DNA from: Octopus bimaculoides
Lineage: Eukaryota
Length of the DNA stretch: 45,657 nucleotides
Assembly: GCF_001194135.2 (NCBI RefSeq)
Contig: NC_068982.1
Coordinates: 116,191,165 to 116,236,821, forward strand
Reading direction: 5' to 3'
Shown: one piece after another, positions 1 to 11,769 of the stretch
Layout of the letters: every line of letters begins with the position of its first letter
Position numbering within the stretch: the first letter of the stretch is position 1
Made by a program: the position numbers and the translations under genes
The notes under the pieces: model-generated
The model's input: only the letters and a program-made list of their open reading frames with translations
The model's database searches: none
Told to the model about the DNA's origin: nothing

Positions 1-124
1 TCTATGTATGTGAATCTGTGTTCCCCCCACCTCCACCGTTCGATAACCGGTGTTGGTTTGTTTATGTCCCCGCAAAAGGGGCGATAGAATAAGTATTATG
101 CTTTAAAAAAAAGTACTGTGGTCG

Positions 125-1591
125 ATACCCGGCGTTACCCGTGTCACATGGAATTGAAGAATTAGACTTTTCTTTTATATTTTCTGTAATGAACTGGAAT
201 ACCTATGATTCAAATTTCGTCAAAATTGGAGATAAAGAATTTTAATGGGGGTTCTTTCCCTCTTTACACACCCTAACAAAAATTATAATCATGACATTTA
301 TCCCATACTACTCATCTTTATGCCCAGATTCGAAAATCCAAATCTTATAAAACCCATTAAAAAATTTTTGCTCCTGAAAAATAGAGAACATGGAGCACAT
401 GGAGCTCTAAAATGTAGGAGTTGAGGCCCCTATTAGGGAGGGTCTTAAAGTCAACCATAGAAGTTGAACTGTTGAGAATCTTTTTTAACTTGTGTCTTAT
501 ATCTATTGTTCAAATTTCTTTGAAGTCGGAAATATATGAATGTTCAATGGGTTTGTAAAAGAGTGCAAAACTAGAGGAAACCAAAAGACGAATGATCACA
601 ACAAGTAGTCAGCTATCCTACCCTAGTTGTTACCACTCCCCAATGTAGGATTTCTCACCATACAGGTAATCGGCACAGTCATAAGATGCATTACAGATCT
701 TATAGCAATTGGAAAGGCGTGACCCAACTCAAATAAACATTAACAACTGTGTGACGTGAGAGCTAAGGTGAAATGAAAGTGTCACCTCTGGAGTTTGCCA
801 ATGGTCACTATGCTGATAGGTGACTGAACAGAACAAATTTGCAATATATAAATCTCTTTGAATGATCAATCACTTATCTGGAAAGGCCTTGAAATCAATG
901 TTACCATCTGGGTACTATCTCTGACCCAGTGATAATAAAAAGACTCAAAGGAGGTCTACAGCCAAATAACTTTATTCAAAATAGCACTTTGCAACTAAAT
1001 CAGATGACAATTTATGCACCCCATTGCAGAAATCCCAATTTAAGTATATCGCAAAGCAAACTCTTACACTGTTGTACCATGGAATGACAAATAACGCTCA
1101 TCTTGTATCCTCGGGTGTCTCTACAGCTTCCAAGACTACAATTGTATTCGTCTTAGCTTAGGAAAGATGACTAAATTGTGGGGGTTAAGCCCTCATTAAG
1201 GGTCTTACTAACTTCCTAAGAAGTTGAAATTGTAGGAATATAACTTCAATTGTGTCTAATACTTACGGTTAAAATTTCATCAACAGCAAAAATCTAGGAA
1301 TTTTCATGGGGGTTATGGCCTCATTTATGCCCCCTCACTTTCAAACATATACTGCATTACATCCGCCCTTATGCATAGAATATAATTTCCAAATTTCATA
1401 AAAATCTATTCAATACTTTTCATCTTGTTTTGGATCATAAAAAAATACTAAAATTTGGGAGTTAAGGCCCCCATTGGGGGTGAGGTCTTAGAATCCTCAT
1501 GAGAAGCAGAAACTTGGGAATAATTCTTGATTTGTGTCAATTATCTATGGATGAAATTTCATCAACAGCAAAAATCTAGGAATTTTCATGG
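125..1591. repeat. Diverged repeat made of ~280-bp subunits, possibly a non-autonomous Helitron/Helentron-like element, interrupted at ~540-1150
   Basis: Three diverged copies of 'ctaaa..t..gg.gtt.ag.ccc..att...ggtctta....agaag..gaa...tgtgtc...aaatttc' at ~407, ~1171, ~1448; identical 38-mer aaatttcatcaacagcaaaaatctaggaattttcatgg at ~1273 and ~1554; 'acccggcgttacccg' at ~127 resembles Helitron-type 5' ends. Confidence 0.35.
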
Positions 1592-2277
1592 NNNNNNNNN
1601 NNNNNNNNNNNNNNNNNNNNNNNNNNNNNNNNNNNNNNNNNNNNNNNNNNNNNNNNNNNNNNNNNNNNNNNNNNNNNNNNNNNNNNNNNNNNNNNNNNNN
1701 NNNNNNNNNNNNNNNNNNNNNNNNNNNNNNNNNNNNNNNNNNNNNNNNNNNNNNNNNNNNNNNNNNNNNNNNNNNNNNNNNNNNNNNNNNNNNNNNNNNN
1801 NNNNNNNNNNNNNNNNNNNNNNNNNNNNNNNNNNNNNNNNNNNNNNNNNNNNNNNNNNNNNNNNNNNNNNNNNNNNNNNNNNNNNNNNNNNNNNNNNNNN
1901 NNNNNNNNNNNNNNNNNNNNNNNNNNNNNNNNNNNNNNNNNNNNNNNNNNNNNNNNNNNNNNNNNNNNNNNNNNNNNNNNNNNNNNNNNNNNNNNNNNNN
2001 NNNNNNNNNNNNNNNNNNNNNNNNNNNNNNNNNNNNNNNNNNNNNNNNNNNNNNNNNNNNNNNNNNNNNNNNNNNNNNNNNNNNNNNNNNNNNNNNNNNN
2101 NNNNNNNNNNNNNNNNNNNNNNNNNNNNNNNNNNNNNNNNNNNNNNNNNNNNNNNNNNNNNNNNNNNNNNNNNNNNNNNNNNNNNNNNNNNNNNNGAAAA
2201 GTGAATCATCTCCACACGCTTTGTAAACGTAACGAATGGTAAGAAGAGTCATTGATTGGCACCAAACGCGCAGCCCG

Positions 2278-2533
2278 CAGCGGCGAAGCTCCAATTATCG
2301 TTATTATCTCTGGTAGAATCGGTAGCACGCTGAACGAAAGGCTTAGCGGTAGGTATTTCACCCGTCGCTACGTTCTGAGTTCTAATTCCGCAGAGGTCGA
2401 CTTTGCCTTTCATCCTTTCGGGGTCGATAAATTAAGAACCAGCGGAACACTGGTGTCGATGTAATCGACTTATCGCCCTACCCCAAAATTGCTGCTCTTG
2501 TGGCAAAATTTGAAACCATTATTATTATTATTA
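2278..2533 (+). mobile_element. tRNA-derived SINE (family B here)
   Basis: A-box-like ggtagaatcgg, B-box-like gagttctaattcc, core gtcgactttgcctttcatcctttcggggtcgataaatt, (ATT)n tail. Confidence 0.8.
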
Positions 2534-2644
2534 TCTCTATCTGCTCCTGTCGTCTGCGTCATTTGTTAGGATTAAGCGCCCTGGTATTTTATTTATTTAC
2601 TTATTTATTTGTTTACTGATACCATGTACGAGTATTATTTGTTT

Positions 2645-3083
2645 GAGCGATCTTTCGATACCAGTACGAAATATCGGCCTTTTCCGTAAAAAGTGTCTTC
2701 GGCGATCTTTACCAAAGATCGGCCTTTTCCGTAACACCCGCATGATCTTCACTAGGGTGTTAGGGCTTGGGTTTTAGTGTCAGGGTTAAGGTTTTAGAGT
2801 TAGTTTTAGGGTTAGTTTTAGGGTTAGGGTTAGTGTTTAGGGTTAGGGTTACGGTTACGGTTACGGACGGAATTCCCTAACCCAAACCCTAACCCTAAAA
2901 CCCTAACCCTGACACTAAAACCCTAACCCTAACACCCTAGTAACCTTAACCCTGGCCCTAAACCCTTCAAAAGAAATCGCGCTCTCTGTATCTCTTTCGC
3001 TTTTACGACGTCGTTTTCCTCTTTTCCTCCAACACTTTTTACGGAAAAGGTCGATATTTCGAACTGGTATCGAAAGATCGCCT
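2645..3083. mobile_element. MITE/foldback with 50-bp TIRs and internal palindromic telomere-like repeats (Mutator-like by TIR length and TSD)
   Basis: TIRs 2647-2696 and 3032-3081 match 48/50; candidate 10-bp TSD ttatttgttt at 2635-2644 and 3084-3093; inner (TTAGGG)-like arm, ggaattcc centre at 2869-2876, then (CCCTAA)-like arm. Confidence 0.8.
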
Positions 3084-3639
3084 TTATTTGTTTACTGTTC
3101 TTATGTGCGAGTACATAAATCCGAATATAAAATAGGCAGCCACGCATAATGGTCAGGTAGACACAAGTGACAGTCGGTACATTCTTGGTAGCTGAGCGGC
3201 GATCACAGATTATTCTGTGATAAGCATAACATAGTTCACATCTGAGCATACCGTATTATCCTTTATCAGTGATCAACGAGGCCACGTGTAACATATATCG
3301 TCTTATCATTCTATGATAGACAGTTCTAGATATATTTTATAAATCAACAATCACTGAAACATTGATTTGGTGGTTCATATCCTACCACTAACTTAAAATC
3401 CTCCTTACAGATGCATCGAATTATCGATTTTGACGGTTTGATTTTGTTGAAATTCACAATCGTAAATAACTGCGCAACTCTGCAGTTCCTTGAATTTCAT
3501 TGTTAAGCTCAAATTAGATCAGTAATCTGAACGAGAGAGGGGGGGTGAGGGGTGTGTGTGTGATGTTCTGTTCGTGTGTTTCGCAATCTGTCTCAACGCT
3601 ATCTAAACGGAAATACCTATACTACAGGACACACCTTAG

Positions 3640-3826
3640 ACACGCAAACATACGCACACACACAAAACACAAACATACCCACACTCACAAATCACACACA
3701 CACACCCACACACCCACGCACACACACACACACACACATAAAACACACTGAGAAAACACACACAAGACACACACTCAACACGCATACACATATACACCCA
3801 CACAGACCCGTGTGTGTGTGTGTGTG
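3640..3826. repeat. Degenerate (CA)n/(TG)n microsatellite
   Basis: Visible dinucleotide run; source of HT-rich spurious ORFs. Confidence 0.9.
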
Positions 3827-3869
3827 AGTGTCTGAAGGTATGTGATCTAATGAATAGGATATTAGATTC

Positions 3870-3950
3870 ATGTTCGCAAGGTCGTGGGTTTGTTACCTTG
3901 TGTCCTTGAGCAGGGCACTTCATTTAGCTTTGCTCTAGTCAACTCAGCAA
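3870..3950 (+). mobile_element. SINE head fragment
   Basis: aaggtcgtgggtttg..tgtgtccttgagcagggcacttcattt..gctctagtcaactcagc resembles the 5' part of the SINE at 37757. Confidence 0.45.
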
Positions 3951-4697
3951 AGACACCTCGAACTGCAAGAAAGACATTCGTTGTATTTTGTCATGGAGAA
4001 AATTTCTCGCTGTTGGAAATACATCGAGTCAGTACGCAGAACTCCCTGACCAAACTACTGGATGCATGCATTTCGGAGTGGTTATCTCCTCGTCAGCACC
4101 AGAAACCGGAAAGGCAGACGCTGTCAGCTAACGACAGGGTGATGTCTCTCTTCTTATATTCCCGTCATCGTACAATGACTGACTGCGCTAGTCAGCGGTA
4201 TACCGAAAATGTCAGAAGGTATGAGGGGTGAATATGGATTTATTTAGCCACGTGACTTTGATAGGATTATGGTTGTTTCGCTGGAGTTGGACTGTTGATG
4301 TAACCATAATGTTCTGGTGATTTAATGAGCTACCTTTCCTTACTTGCGTTCATATGTGAATATACAATTTTGTTGTAAAATGCCGAGCACGCAAATTAAT
4401 GCAAATGTGTACGTATAAATTCTTGCGTACTGAAATTAATACTACGTGAAGAAGGTTGCTAAATGGCGGTAATCCTATGGAGGTCGCATGGTTAAATAAA
4501 TCTATATTCACCTCTAATTCCTCCTGACTTTATGGTTTATATATTCCTCACGGAATAATATGGGTTTTCAGTTATATGGACACTTTACATTACACTTCTT
4601 TGTAATGTTTCAAATTATTTTGGTAACCGATTCCATAGGAGGAGCTTACTGTGCTGATAATCGCACGATTCTCTGAATCCATATTTCATACTACTCT

Positions 4698-4728
<31 letters not shown>

Positions 4729-5338
4729 CGTGTGTGTGTAGATATACAAGTAGATAGATATTTAAGCTTGAAGTGAACAGCCAGAAACAATGTGACCGTT
4801 TCTGCATAATTTCCATACATTCTGAAGTTGTTTATTGTATTCTACATTGTTAAGTTTTTGGGTTTTCTGGTTGGAGGGTATGGTTCTTGTTCAGTGCTCA
4901 AAAATTTCTTTTATTGCCACTGCAGCAGTCTCTATTCTTCTGTATTAGATATCTATGTACCTCATTTATGCAGCTACATCAGACTTAACTTCATCTAAAA
5001 TTTTATGACTCACCTTTGCAGAGTCATAAAATTTTGTAAGAAATCAGTATTATTACGATAGGGGAGACACTGGATAACAAAATGAGAAGAGCGCGGGACG
5101 AATACCTTGCCATATTTAATAACGACTATTTACGTTCTGGGTTCAATTCCCACCAACGTTGGCTTTGTTTTTCATCCCACCACCAGAATGAGCTGATGAA
5201 AATCATCCAAATATCGGATTAATATAACCGATTTCTATCGCTCTCTTTCTTTCTATCCATACATCTCTCTCTCTCTCCTCTCTCTCCTCTCTCTATCATA
5301 ATGTGTGACCTTTTTGCCGATGATATAAATTCTTATTA

Positions 5339-5551
5339 AGGCAGCGAGCTGGCAGAAATGTTAGCACGCCGGACGAAATCCTTAGCGGTATTCCGTCTGT
5401 CTTTACGTTCTGAGTTCAAATTCCACCGAGGTCGACTTTGCTTTTCATCCTTTCGGGGTCGATAAATTAAGTACCAATTACGTACTGGAGTCGATCTAAT
5501 CGACTGGTCCCCTCTCCCTAAATTTCGGGCCTTGTACGTAGAGTAGAAAAG
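5339..5551 (+). mobile_element. SINE family B, full length with TSD
   Basis: Starts aggcagcgagctggcagaa, ends agtagaaaag; perfect 17-bp TSD gatataaattcttatta at 5322-5338 and 5552-5568. Confidence 0.92.
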
Positions 5552-5669
5552 GATATAAATTCTTATTAGGTCTAGGGATAACAGAAATGTTAGAGTGTCA
5601 AAACATATGATTCTGTTTCTCTTGCTTGTCTCAGTTGCATCATATAATGTTTAATGCTATTTTACATCG

Positions 5670-5873
5670 AAGGCGGGGACCTGGCAGAATCGTTAGCACG
5701 TTGGGCAAAACGCTTAGCAGCATTTCGTCCGTCTTTACATTCTGGGTTCAAATGCCACATGGGTCGACTTTGCCTTTCATCCCTTCCGGGGGGGGGGGTC
5801 GATAAAATGACGTAATCGATTTAGCCCCTGCACCGAAACTGCTGGCCTTGTGCTATAATTTGAAACCAACGTC
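5670..5873 (+). mobile_element. SINE family B, full length
   Basis: Same head and core; TSD attttacatcgaag (5659-5672) vs attttacgtcgaag (5874-5887), 13/14. Confidence 0.88.
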
Positions 5874-5929
5874 ATTTTACGTCGAAGTTCTTGCGTCAAT
5901 GCCCTCTTTGTTTCTTCTGTTCCATGCAA

Positions 5930-6040
5930 TGAATGCTACAAATACCTAGGCACTGATGGAAGCATATCATTCAAAGGTGCTTCGAATAACGATAGAGTAA
6001 CCCCAAAATATCAAACCAAGTTAAAAAGGGATATAACAAC
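5930..6040 (+). pseudogene. Possible R4-type LINE RT fragment
   Basis: Translates ECYKYLGTDGSISFKGASNNDRV, resembling the YKYLG motif region seen at ~20095 in the R4-like element; very short. Confidence 0.3.
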
Positions 6041-7440
6041 CAGAGCATTCATTTTCTTTACAATGCGACAATATCTTGAAATGTATTTGCAGTATTCAAA
6101 ATAATACCAACGTTTCAGATACTTTACTAGTCTATAAACAAGATACAGACATCAACTACAAACTTCCACCGAAACAGTGAAATTGTAAGATCTGTGCAGA
6201 CAAAATTTGAGTGTCGTTAGGCTATTCTCGGACACATCTATAAAACAATGTCAGCAAAAATATATCGCCCAAGTACTCCAAAAGGAAGTAAATAACAATC
6301 TACGAATCGAAGATATTGGTTCTCACTTTGAAGAATATTCTTTTAGTATGCAGGAACAAAAACAGGGATGCAGATAAACCACGTAAATGCGACATTTAAT
6401 GCTAACTGTGGAATTTACACATCATAAGTAGTTGTCCAAAATGCCATCACTGTATAGTATATAATATTTAATTTCATATATATATATATTCAAACAAGAA
6501 GGCGAATTAGTTTGCATCTGGTCTTGTCTCGAGTCCGCGGTATTGAAAAGTTACAAAGATGAAGAAACATTAACGTCTATCGTTCCTGTAACGAGACTTG
6601 ATGTGAGTTACCTCGCTTGTCTATGACTTCCAGATGTTTTAACACTAGGCGAATTCTTGAGAATATGTTCTCTTACACCTACAACCGCAGCCTGCCACGA
6701 ACTGTGTCCGATACATACATACATACATACATACATACATACATANNNNNNNNNNNNNNNNNNNNNNNNNNNNNNNNNNNNNNNNNNNNNNNNNNNNNNN
6801 NNNNNNNNNNNNNNNNNNNNNNNNNNNNNNNNNNNNNNNNNNNNNNNNNNNNNNNNNNNNNNNNNNNNNNNNNNNNNNNNNNNNNNNNNNNNNNNNNNNN
6901 NNNNNNNNNNNNNNNNNNNNNNNNNNNNNNNNNNNNNNNNNNNNNNNNNNNNNNNNNNNNNNNNNNNNNNNNNNNNNNNNNNNNNNNNNNNNNNNNNNNN
7001 NNNNNNNNNNNNNNNNNNNNNNNNNNNNNNNNNNNNNNNNNNNNNNNNNNNNNNNNNNNNNNNNNNNNNNNNNNNNNNNNNNNNNNNNNNNNNNNNNNNN
7101 NNNNNNNNNNNNNNNNNNNNNNNNNNNNNNNNNNNNNNNNNNNNNNNNNNNNNNNNNNNNNNNNNNNNNNNNNNNNNNNNNNNNNNNNNNNNNNNNNNNN
7201 NNNNNNNNNNNNNNNNNNNNNNNNNNNNNNNNNNNNNNNNNNNNNNNNNNNNNNNNNNNNNNNNNNNNNNNNNNNNNNNNNNNNNNNNNNNNNNNNNNNN
7301 NNNNNNNNNNNNNNNNNNNNNNNNNNNNNNNNNNNNNNNNNNNNNNNNNNNNNNNNNNNNNNNNNNNNNNNNNNNNNNNNNNNNNNNNNNNNNNNNNNNN
7401 NNNNNNNNNNNNNNNNNNNNNNNNNNNNNNNNNNNNNNNN

Positions 7441-8066
7441 GGGTCTAGCGAATGTGGAGAAGAGAAGGATGATGGTTTCATAGTCCCTAGATTGAAAAGT
7501 TCTGAGTATCCATGAGCACATTCTGCAGGCAACATCAACTTTTTTTGCTGATGTGCACACTCCAGCTAAGGTTGCTGTCGACAGTTACACCTAAGTCTCT
7601 GATATTCAAGTAGGTCTCCCGACGATAGTGTATATGGTTGTTTGAGTATGCCGCTTTTCCAAAGTGACTGAGCTCAAATTTTTCTTCGTTCAGCTGCATA
7701 TTGCTTCTTTTGTGCCCACTAGGTTACTACGCAAAGGTCCGATTGAAACATTGCTCGATCATATGCTCCTTTAATGACTTTCTGAAGCTTAGAGTCATCT
7801 GCAAATATTTTAATGGTGTTATGTTCAATGGAATCTACAATGTCATTGATATAGACAATAAAAAGAAGTGGACCCAGCACAGTGCTATGCCGGACTCCGC
7901 TGATGACTTTCGCTGGTCTTGAGAGGATGTCATCAACCACAACATGCTGGGTCCTGTTTGTTAGGAAATACTTAATCCATTGAAGTAGTTTACCACCGAC
8001 TCCAGCGTTAGATGGTTTCCTTAACAGTATATTGTGGTTGACTCTGTCTAACAATATTAGTGGACT
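7441..8066 (-). mobile_element. Decayed CR1/L2/Jockey-type LINE reverse transcriptase fragment
   Basis: LDRVNHNILL..WIKYFLTNRTQ.V..SGVRHSTVLGPLLFIVYINDI..IKIFADDSKL (RT motifs; PQG decayed), then in another frame CSWILRTFQSRDYETIILLFSTFARP; stops and frameshifts. Confidence 0.88.
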
Positions 8067-8850
8067 ATGTATGTATGTATGTATGTATGTATGTATGTAT
8101 GTATGTATGTGTACTTATTCGTTTGTTTGATTGTTTGCTTGTTTCTTTGCTCACTCGTTTGCTTCACTGATTGTTAGTTTGTTGGAGTACACGATCTACA
8201 ATCTACAATCATTTTACTTGTCACAATATGTTCCATTATGCCATTCTAAACAAACTTATCTATGGAATGAAATGAAAGATATAATCGAAATATTTTACGT
8301 GAAAAAAACAATCACGAGGACCTATAAATTTTTGTATCGAAATAAAAATAAGAATGGTATAATGGAGTAGCTAATAATAGAAAAATCCAGGTTAACGATA
8401 CAAGGGAGATTACTTTGTAAGATATTAAAAAAATTACCTCCCATTAAACGCTTGTAGACATTCAATATAAGTAGTCGTCTCGAAAATTGACGCTGTGTAG
8501 AGAATAATATAAGTCACTCACAAACGGTGTGCATTAACATTATGATGTATCTTATGAGATAGCTGAGAGTAAAGCAGAAAATAAAACTGTATTTCTATGA
8601 TGTGTAACAGACAAATTGAAATTATAAATATAGTGCTAAAATATAATACGAAATACAAATGTAAACGTATCAACCATAACAGAGTTGAGGAACCTTTCTG
8701 TTCTTCGATTAAAAAAGAAATGAGAATTTTGTATTGTGTGCTACCTTCTTTCGTTTACCTGCTCGAAACTCTACGCGTGCGCACGCGCGTGTGTTTGGTG
8801 TATATATCTCTCTCTCTCCCACTCTCACTGTGTGTGTGTGTGTCTGTGTA

Positions 8851-9950
8851 TAAAGGTGTCTGACAAAATAATGGAAACACCTAGCAACATAGCATCATAA
8901 TTTTGAAGTATCTATAAAAACAGTCACAAACTTGTTTATTCTTTATGTCTTGATTTATTATTAGTGTTGCTTAATATGTTTTTCTAAAATTGATATTTCT
9001 TTGTAGATATCATCAGAAAAAGTTAATTAAAAATCATTAAAATGACATATCTTTCGGACTTTCAAAGAGGTCAAATTGTTGGTGCTCGTATGGCAGGCGC
9101 TAACCTAACGAAAACAGTCGAAATGTTTGATGTATCAAGAAGTACCGTCTCGAAAGTAATGACAGCCTTTGAGAAAGAGGGGAAAACCTCTTCGTCGAAG
9201 CAAAACTCCGGAAGAAAACCAAAACTTTCAGATAAGGACCGTCGGACGCTTAAGCGAATTGTTAAAAAGGATCACAAAAGTACAGCTCCCAAAATGACTG
9301 CAGAGCTTAATGACTACCTAGAGAACCAGGTTTCCACAAAAATTGTTCGCTGGGAGCTGAACGAAGCCGGATTTCACGGCAGGGCTGCAATCAGAAAACC
9401 ACCACGTTCAAAAACAAACGTTGCAAACCGTTTAGAGTGGAGTAAAAACCTACAGAATTGGTCCCTAGAGCAGTGGAAGAATGTTATTTTCTCGGACGAG
9501 TCATCCTTTACCTTATTTCCGACCACCGGCCGAGTATGCGTGTGGAGACTGCTAAAAGAAGCATTTGACCCAGACTGCCTTCTTCCAACTGTTAAACATG
9601 GAGGAGGATCTGTGATGATTTGTGGGGTGCTATATCTTGGAGATCCGCCGCCCCAATGGTTCATGACAAAATTGATAGTCAAGACTATTTAAGCATTTAT
9701 CTGATCAAATTCATCCTATGGCTGCAGAATTATTTCCGGAGGGAAACGCAATCTTTCAGGATGATAATGCACCAGTTCGCACAGCTGTTACTGAATGGCA
9801 CGAGGAACATTCTAGTGAAGTTGAACATCTTATCTGGCCACCACAGTCCCCATATCTCAATATTATTGAACATTTATGGTGCATTTTAGAAAAACAAGTA
9901 AGGTGTCGATATCCTCCACTATCATCACTACAAAACTGGCTCTTGCCGTA
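8851..9950 (+). mobile_element. Tc1-family DNA transposon, frameshifted transposase, 3' end lost
   Basis: ORF from 9042: MTYLSDFQRGQIVGA..VSRSTVSKVM (HTH), GRKPKL, VIFSDES, KHGGGSVM; frameshifts near 9620 and 9695; FQDDNAP..WPPQSPYLNIIEHLW completes the DDE triad. Candidate left terminus taaaggtgtctgacaaaataatggaaacacc after TA; no matching right TIR found. Confidence 0.92.
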
Positions 9951-10195
9951 GATTCTACGGCAAGAGCCAGTTGTAGAATCACACAAAAAACATGTTCGCG
10001 CTGGTGTTCGTGCTGCGGATTTTGAAATATTTTAAATTATTTTAAATGTCTTTCATTGTAAGATTCATGAATTCATCTGAATTCATCAGATTCATGAATT
10101 CATCAGATTTTTCTAATGTTATAATGTACTCATTTATCAATTCAAAAATTCGTTAAAACGGCCGTAATGGATTGACACTGTCCATCAGATGTTAC

Positions 10196-10244
<49 letters not shown>

Positions 10245-10940
10245 CATACGCGAGATAAAAAAAAAAAAACTCTGTATTAAGAACACCATAACATGCCTGA
10301 CCAATAATTTCTGGATAAAACCAAGAAATACCCTAAATAGTAACAAGTAAAGGCACTGACCAACTAAAACGTACCACCTAAAAAATTCCATTACAAAAAA
10401 AGTTGGCAGCCAATTACTAAGGTTTTAAATTTTGGATTTTGTAGCTTTGACCATTACATTGTCGAGGTAAAAGATAAAAAACCAGTAATACTAAAAATAA
10501 CTGAAACTACTGACACATCCTATACCTTCCTGACAAAAGGAACACGTATAGATATGCAGACTTACGTACAAAGTTCTACACACACATGAATAAATCCTAA
10601 ACAATAAAATAATCCCAAATTTAATCAATAAAAATTTCTATAAAACACCTCTCCATAATAACCTAACCTAAAACCTTATTACCACTCCACTTAAACACGC
10701 ACACTCAAAGAATATTTTTAACTCGAAAGAGACTACATAAAGCCAAGATTAACTTCAATGCATCGCAGTCCGACAATGGCTTCAGTAGACGGAACTTCGA
10801 AGTCACTGTCAATAATATTCTTGTTCACGAAAAGTAAAGTAAAGAATAACCCATCAAATTAATGCAAAATTGTTCTTATTATAACTAAATATAAACACAG
10901 ACACACACATATGTGTAGTTATATATACTTATAATGTGCG

Positions 10941-10993
<53 letters not shown>

Positions 10994-10995
<2 letters not shown>

Positions 10996-11200
10996 TCTTG
11001 AGCAAAACGCTTCATTTCTGCGATCATTTCGTCATGTAACATGTGGCACACGGTGCACCTGTACAGGTAATGTCGATTTGATGGAGTGAGTGAACTTATG
11101 TGAACACAGACATTTGATCACTATAAACAAATCATCTGTGTGGTTTTTCGGCAAGTAATTGTCGAACCCTCATACGTCGTCTAACGACGGGAGAGTCCGT
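10994..11200 (+). mobile_element. Probable SINE fragment with a distinct 3' body
   Basis: gtgttcttgagcaaaacgcttcatttc head remnant like 37833/3903, followed by a body ending cgtcgtctaacgacgggagagtcc and a (TACA)n run. Confidence 0.45.
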
Positions 11201-11384
11201 AATACATACATACATACATAATACATACATACATACATACATACATACATACATAATACATACATACATACATACATACATGCGTACATACATACATGCA
11301 TACATACACCTCCAGTTTATTAACAGTTGTTAATGTCTAAGAAATGTGTGAATAGGATTTTAACACAGAATTACTGGAGACAGT

Positions 11385-11769
11385 GGAGGCGCAATGGCCC
11401 AGTTGTTAGGGCAGCGGACTCGCGGTCATACGATCGCGGTTTCGATTCCCAGACCGGGCGTTGAGTGTTTATTGACCGAAAACACCTAAAGCTCCATGAG
11501 GCTTCGGCAGGGGATGGTGGTGGTGAACCCTGCTGTACTCTTACACCACAACTTTCTCTCGCTCTTTCTTCCTGTTTCTGTTATACCTGTATTTCAAAGG
11601 GGCCAGCCTTGTCACACTGTGTCACGCTGAATCTCCCCGAGAACTACGTTAAGGGTACACGTGTCTGTGGAGTGCTCAGCCACTTACACGTTAATTTCAC
11701 GTGCAGGCTGTTCCGTTGATCGGATCAACTGGAATCCTCGATGTCGTAAGCGACGGAGTGCCAACAACA
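11385..11769 (+). mobile_element. tRNA-derived SINE (family A here), full length
   Basis: Head ggaggcgcaatggcccagttgttagggcagcggactcgcggtc..ggtttcgattcccag (A/B boxes), (AAC)n tail, 10-bp TSD actggagaca at 11373-11382 and 11770-11779. Confidence 0.92.

Noticed and set aside
560-1140. Weak RT-like (NIDFKAF) and GIY-YIG-like (KSYIGE) words on the minus strand
   Set aside because: Too short and not in a consistent frame or spacing; needs TBLASTX.
3545-3923. HT/CV/SL/YI/poly-N/poly-H ORFs here and at 15760-16496, 29594-29887, 30635-30893, 36511-36833, 39086-39564
   Set aside because: Translations of microsatellites; no domain signal.
11385-11460. Functional tRNA genes at SINE heads
   Set aside because: They continue into SINE bodies with tails and TSDs and lack a closing acceptor stem.
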